In this document: one piece after another, positions 61,512 to 64,000 of the stretch
Position numbering within the stretch: position 1 is the first letter of the stretch
How the letters are laid out: every line of letters starts with the position of its first letter
Origin: an uncultured Gammaproteobacteria bacterium
Lineage (GTDB): Bacteria > Patescibacteriota > Patescibacteriia > UBA10025 > JAHIVO01
Direction: 5' to 3'
DNA: 64,000 nucleotides
NCBI GenBank assembly: GCA_964592105.1
Contig: CAZQBL010000013.1
Coordinates: 17,706-81,705 of the forward strand
Translations under genes and position numbers: made by a program
Notes under the pieces: generated by a model
Seen by the model: only the letters and a program-made list of their open reading frames with translations
What the model was told of the DNA's origin: nothing
The model's database searches: none

Positions 61512-63560
61512 TTACTGCCCCAATTTATTCAACTCATCCCAAGCCAGCTGAAAGCCCGGCATCAATCGCAAAGACTCCTGCCAATGATTCCGTGCCTGCT
61601 CAATATTACCCCGTTGTTGATAGGCCTGACCGACTAAAAAATTCTGCCAGGCCAACTGGTTGGGCAAATACGGATTGCTGGACACGGACACATCTTTATA
61701 ACGATCAATAACCGGTTGCAAAGTATCGATAACCAGTTCATATTTATCCTGGGAATAATAGAGAAAGGCCAAATCATAATAAAAATCCGGATGAAAAATC
61801 GGATCAAGCTCTATGGCGCGCTGGTAGGCCGCCTCTGCTTGGCTATACTCCTTTAACATGAAATACATCTTACCGGCTTCATAAAAAGAGAAATAATCTC
61901 CGGGATTATACTTAGAAATATTTTGAAATATTTTTTCGGCCTGGGCCGACAATTCGGGCAGTCTATCTTTGTCCGCGGCACCCTGCTGAAATAAGGCCTG
62001 GGCATAAGCGCGCTGCTTTTTTGGAGCCGGATCTAGTTTTACTGCCAAACTGTAAAACTCCGACGTGGCCGCTAAATCACCTTCAATTTTTTTCAATTCG
62101 GCACGATCCTCATAAGATTGGGACAAAAATAAAGTCAGACCGCGGACCAGGATAAAAAGACTGACAATCACCAAAGTTAATTTACTGATTATTTTTATAA
62201 TTGACCTAGTTGGTTTTTCTTCAGATATTTTTTCTGTTTCCGCAACGCTCTTTTGGCCCATGAATATTCCGCCGCTTATCCAGAAAAGCAAAAATACAGC
62301 CGGAAACTGCCAACCAAAATCAAACAAAGAATGGAAGCAGGAGCCCAGGAGACCCAAGGCCAACCCGAGTAAATAAGGACGCCGGCTATCATCAGTCCAA
62401 AATTTCTTTGTCGCCCGATAAACAACCACCAGCAAAGATATTATAAAACCCATCAAAGCCAAAAAACCGGCGATACCTGTCTCGGCCGCCGTCTGCAAAT
62501 AATAATTGTGGGCATAGCGGGGCTGTTCTAAGACAGAAAAAGCGTGCCGTGGATAGACCTGCTGAAAAGTCGCCAGTCCGGTGCCGGCTATGGGATTCTT
62601 CATGAAAATATCTAGAGCAGAATTAATAAAATTCCAGCGCTGCTCAAAGCTATAATTCAAATGAAAACTGGAAATTGTTTTGTGGAGCTGGACGGCCTGT
62701 TTGAAATCCCTGGAGTTTAAATAGCGCACTCCCACGGTTGCCACCAACAAGATGATTAAGACCCCCAAAAAAATTAAAATATTCTTTTTAGTAAACAATG
62801 ACTTCCAATAATAACCGATGATAATCGCTAATGGAATTACGAAGCTTACCCAAGCAGTAAGTGAAAAAGTCAGAACAAAGCCCAAAAGTATTATAACCGT
62901 ACCTAGCATCATAACACCCTTTAGTTTTTTATTTTCTTCGTCAAGGGTGAGGATAAGACCCAGTGGTGCGGCAAACAATAAATAACTACCCAGAGCGTTG
63001 GCATTTTGTAACAACCCGGCGGTTCTTTCGGCATGATCTTTTACGAATAAAAACAAACTGATCAGCGAGGCTGCCAGGCCGGTGAAAAAAATAGCCAGAG
63101 CAATAATTTTGATCTTCGAGAAATTCCTAAAAACGACACTGCCAACCCAGAATATTACGGCCAAAGACGTCAACAAAACCAGATAATGCCCACTATTGTA
63201 TTGCATTTGAGAAAAAAACGTCGTGACTAGTCCAACCCCCAGGAAAACCAATAAATAAAAAAATGGCGATTTAAAGTTAAAAATTACATCCCGGCTCTGT
63301 TGGCCATCACGCAGTAATAATAAAGTATAAAAAACTAAGGGAAAAACGACCACTAAGATAACAGCCATTAGCCAATTATTCCATTCACCGGAGAAAAACG
63401 ATGAAAAGACGATTAAAAATAAAAAAATGCCCAGAATAATGTTCTGGCGGAAAGAGGTGATATTTTGAGAAAGCTTATCTAAAAACATGAAATTATTATA
63501 CCAGAAAAATCCCAAAAACGCATCATTTAAATTAATTCTAACTGGCTTTAGTCGGGTCAA
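61512..63560 (-). CDS. O-antigen ligase/Wzy_C-domain membrane protein with C-terminal TPR repeats (PglL/PilO-type O-oligosaccharyltransferase candidate)
   Basis: ~12 TM; YAHNYYLQTAAETGIAGFLAL (Wzy_C signature); C-terminal TPR-like repeats (AYAQALFQQG..., AEAAYQRAIELDP...). Confidence 0.7.
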   Translation of the reverse strand: MTRLKPVRINLNDAFLGFFWYNNFMFLDKLSQNITSFRQNIILGIFLFLIVFSSFFSGEWNNWLMAVILVVVFPLVFYTLLLLRDGQQSRDVIFNFKSPFFYLLVFLGVGLVTTFFSQMQYNSGHYLVLLTSLAVIFWVGSVVFRNFSKIKIIALAIFFTGLAASLISLFLFVKDHAERTAGLLQNANALGSYLLFAAPLGLILTLDEENKKLKGVMMLGTVIILLGFVLTFSLTAWVSFVIPLAIIIGYYWKSLFTKKNILIFLGVLIILLVATVGVRYLNSRDFKQAVQLHKTISSFHLNYSFEQRWNFINSALDIFMKNPIAGTGLATFQQVYPRHAFSVLEQPRYAHNYYLQTAAETGIAGFLALMGFIISLLVVVYRATKKFWTDDSRRPYLLGLALGLLGSCFHSLFDFGWQFPAVFLLFWISGGIFMGQKSVAETEKISEEKPTRSIIKIISKLTLVIVSLFILVRGLTLFLSQSYEDRAELKKIEGDLAATSEFYSLAVKLDPAPKKQRAYAQALFQQGAADKDRLPELSAQAEKIFQNISKYNPGDYFSFYEAGKMYFMLKEYSQAEAAYQRAIELDPIFHPDFYYDLAFLYYSQDKYELVIDTLQPVIDRYKDVSVSSNPYLPNQLAWQNFLVGQAYQQRGNIEQARNHWQESLRLMPGFQLAWDELNKLGQ

Positions 63561-63620
63561 CCAACCATCTCACGCCACTGAAGTGGTTAGGACGATTGGA
63601 AAGTGGCTGTGAAAATAATA

Positions 63621-63650
63621 CAAAAAGCGCCCCCCCGCTTGCCGCGGGGG
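63621..63650 (-). terminator. rho-independent terminator
   Basis: minus-strand CCCCCGC-GGCAA-GCGGGGG followed by GGCGCTTTTTG. Confidence 0.55.
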
Positions 63651-63675
63651 AGACGCTTGTCAATAAACTTACATA

Positions 63676-64000
63676 TTATGAATTACAAGTCACGTTTGCT
63701 CCAGTATAGTCTTCATTGCTTGTACCATCACCTTTGATGAAATACCAGTGAGTACCACTTCCTTTACCTTCGATCTGAGCATAGAGCACCCAATACGGAG
63801 TAGCGGCCCCCCCATTACATGCAGCATAATAATAGTGCTTAGGTGTTGCGGCTGTGGATTGAGGATCATCAGGAATTCTAGAAATATAATCTGGAGAAAG
63901 AGCGGCTAAAACAGTCGCGGCAACACCTGAACCTGTGGGATAAGTTGAGCCATAGTCGTCGGAATATAACACCAAACCGCTGCGGATCTGGCCTAGGTCT
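63676..64000 (-). CDS. hypothetical (possible pilin C-terminal domain), 5' end may lie beyond window
   Basis: ORF open to window edge in same frame; Gly/Tyr/Thr-rich, 2 Cys near C-term. Confidence 0.3.
   Translation of the reverse strand, partial: DLGQIRSGLVLYSDDYGSTYPTGSGVAATVLAALSPDYISRIPDDPQSTAATPKHYYYAACNGGAATPYWVLYAQIEGKGSGTHWYFIKGDGTSNEDYTGANVTCNS

Overview
This 64-kb window looks like a small-genome, Patescibacteria/CPR-like bacterium. The CPR assignment is inference from ribosomal proteins with extensions, no L30 between rpsE and rplO, many type IV pilins, and AT-rich intergenic regions. Most genes lie on the minus strand.

- 1-20.6 kb: the conserved str/S10/spc ribosomal cluster (rpsL-rpsG-[84-aa insert]-fusA-tuf-rpsJ-rplC...rplO-secY-adk-map), followed by ruvX, an MraY/WecA-family transferase and a partial DUF192 gene. 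rpmB (59 aa, missing from the ORF track) sits divergently at 20.66 kb.
- 21-28 kb: uppS, idi, and an ECF sigma / anti-sigma-like / MacB-type ABC exporter / secreted repeat-protein module.
- 28.7-33.7 kb: a copper-homeostasis cluster. It holds a P1B-ATPase CopA, a CopZ-like HMA protein, a three-domain HMA-membrane-cupredoxin-like fusion and a cupredoxin-like paralog. Tandem GAGACGTCTC palindromes sit in the copA promoter.
- 34-40.5 kb: house-cleaning NTPases (rdgB plus a frameshifted MazG-like gene), FMN reductase, upp and an AlkD-like glycosylase.
- 40.58 kb: tRNA-Pro(GGG). Immediately 3' of it lies a ~7.5-kb, AT-richer island (40659-48160). It is bounded by an 11-bp direct repeat of the tRNA 3' end and by GC-rich imperfect inverted repeats. 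It carries XRE regulator, HsdR, a fused HsdM-HsdS (MTase plus two TRDs) and a translationally coupled OLD-family ATPase-Toprim nuclease, with no integrase. This is the most interesting locus.
- 50-56 kb: ndk, a response regulator, gatCA, ligA.
- 56-64 kb: a type IV pilin/pseudopilin operon with prepilin peptidase and an upstream Wzy_C+TPR (O-antigen-ligase/PglL-like) protein.

Several intrinsic terminators, candidate operators and unexplained long non-coding spacers (rpsJ-rplC, rpsG-fusA, ligA-gatC) are noted in the findings.
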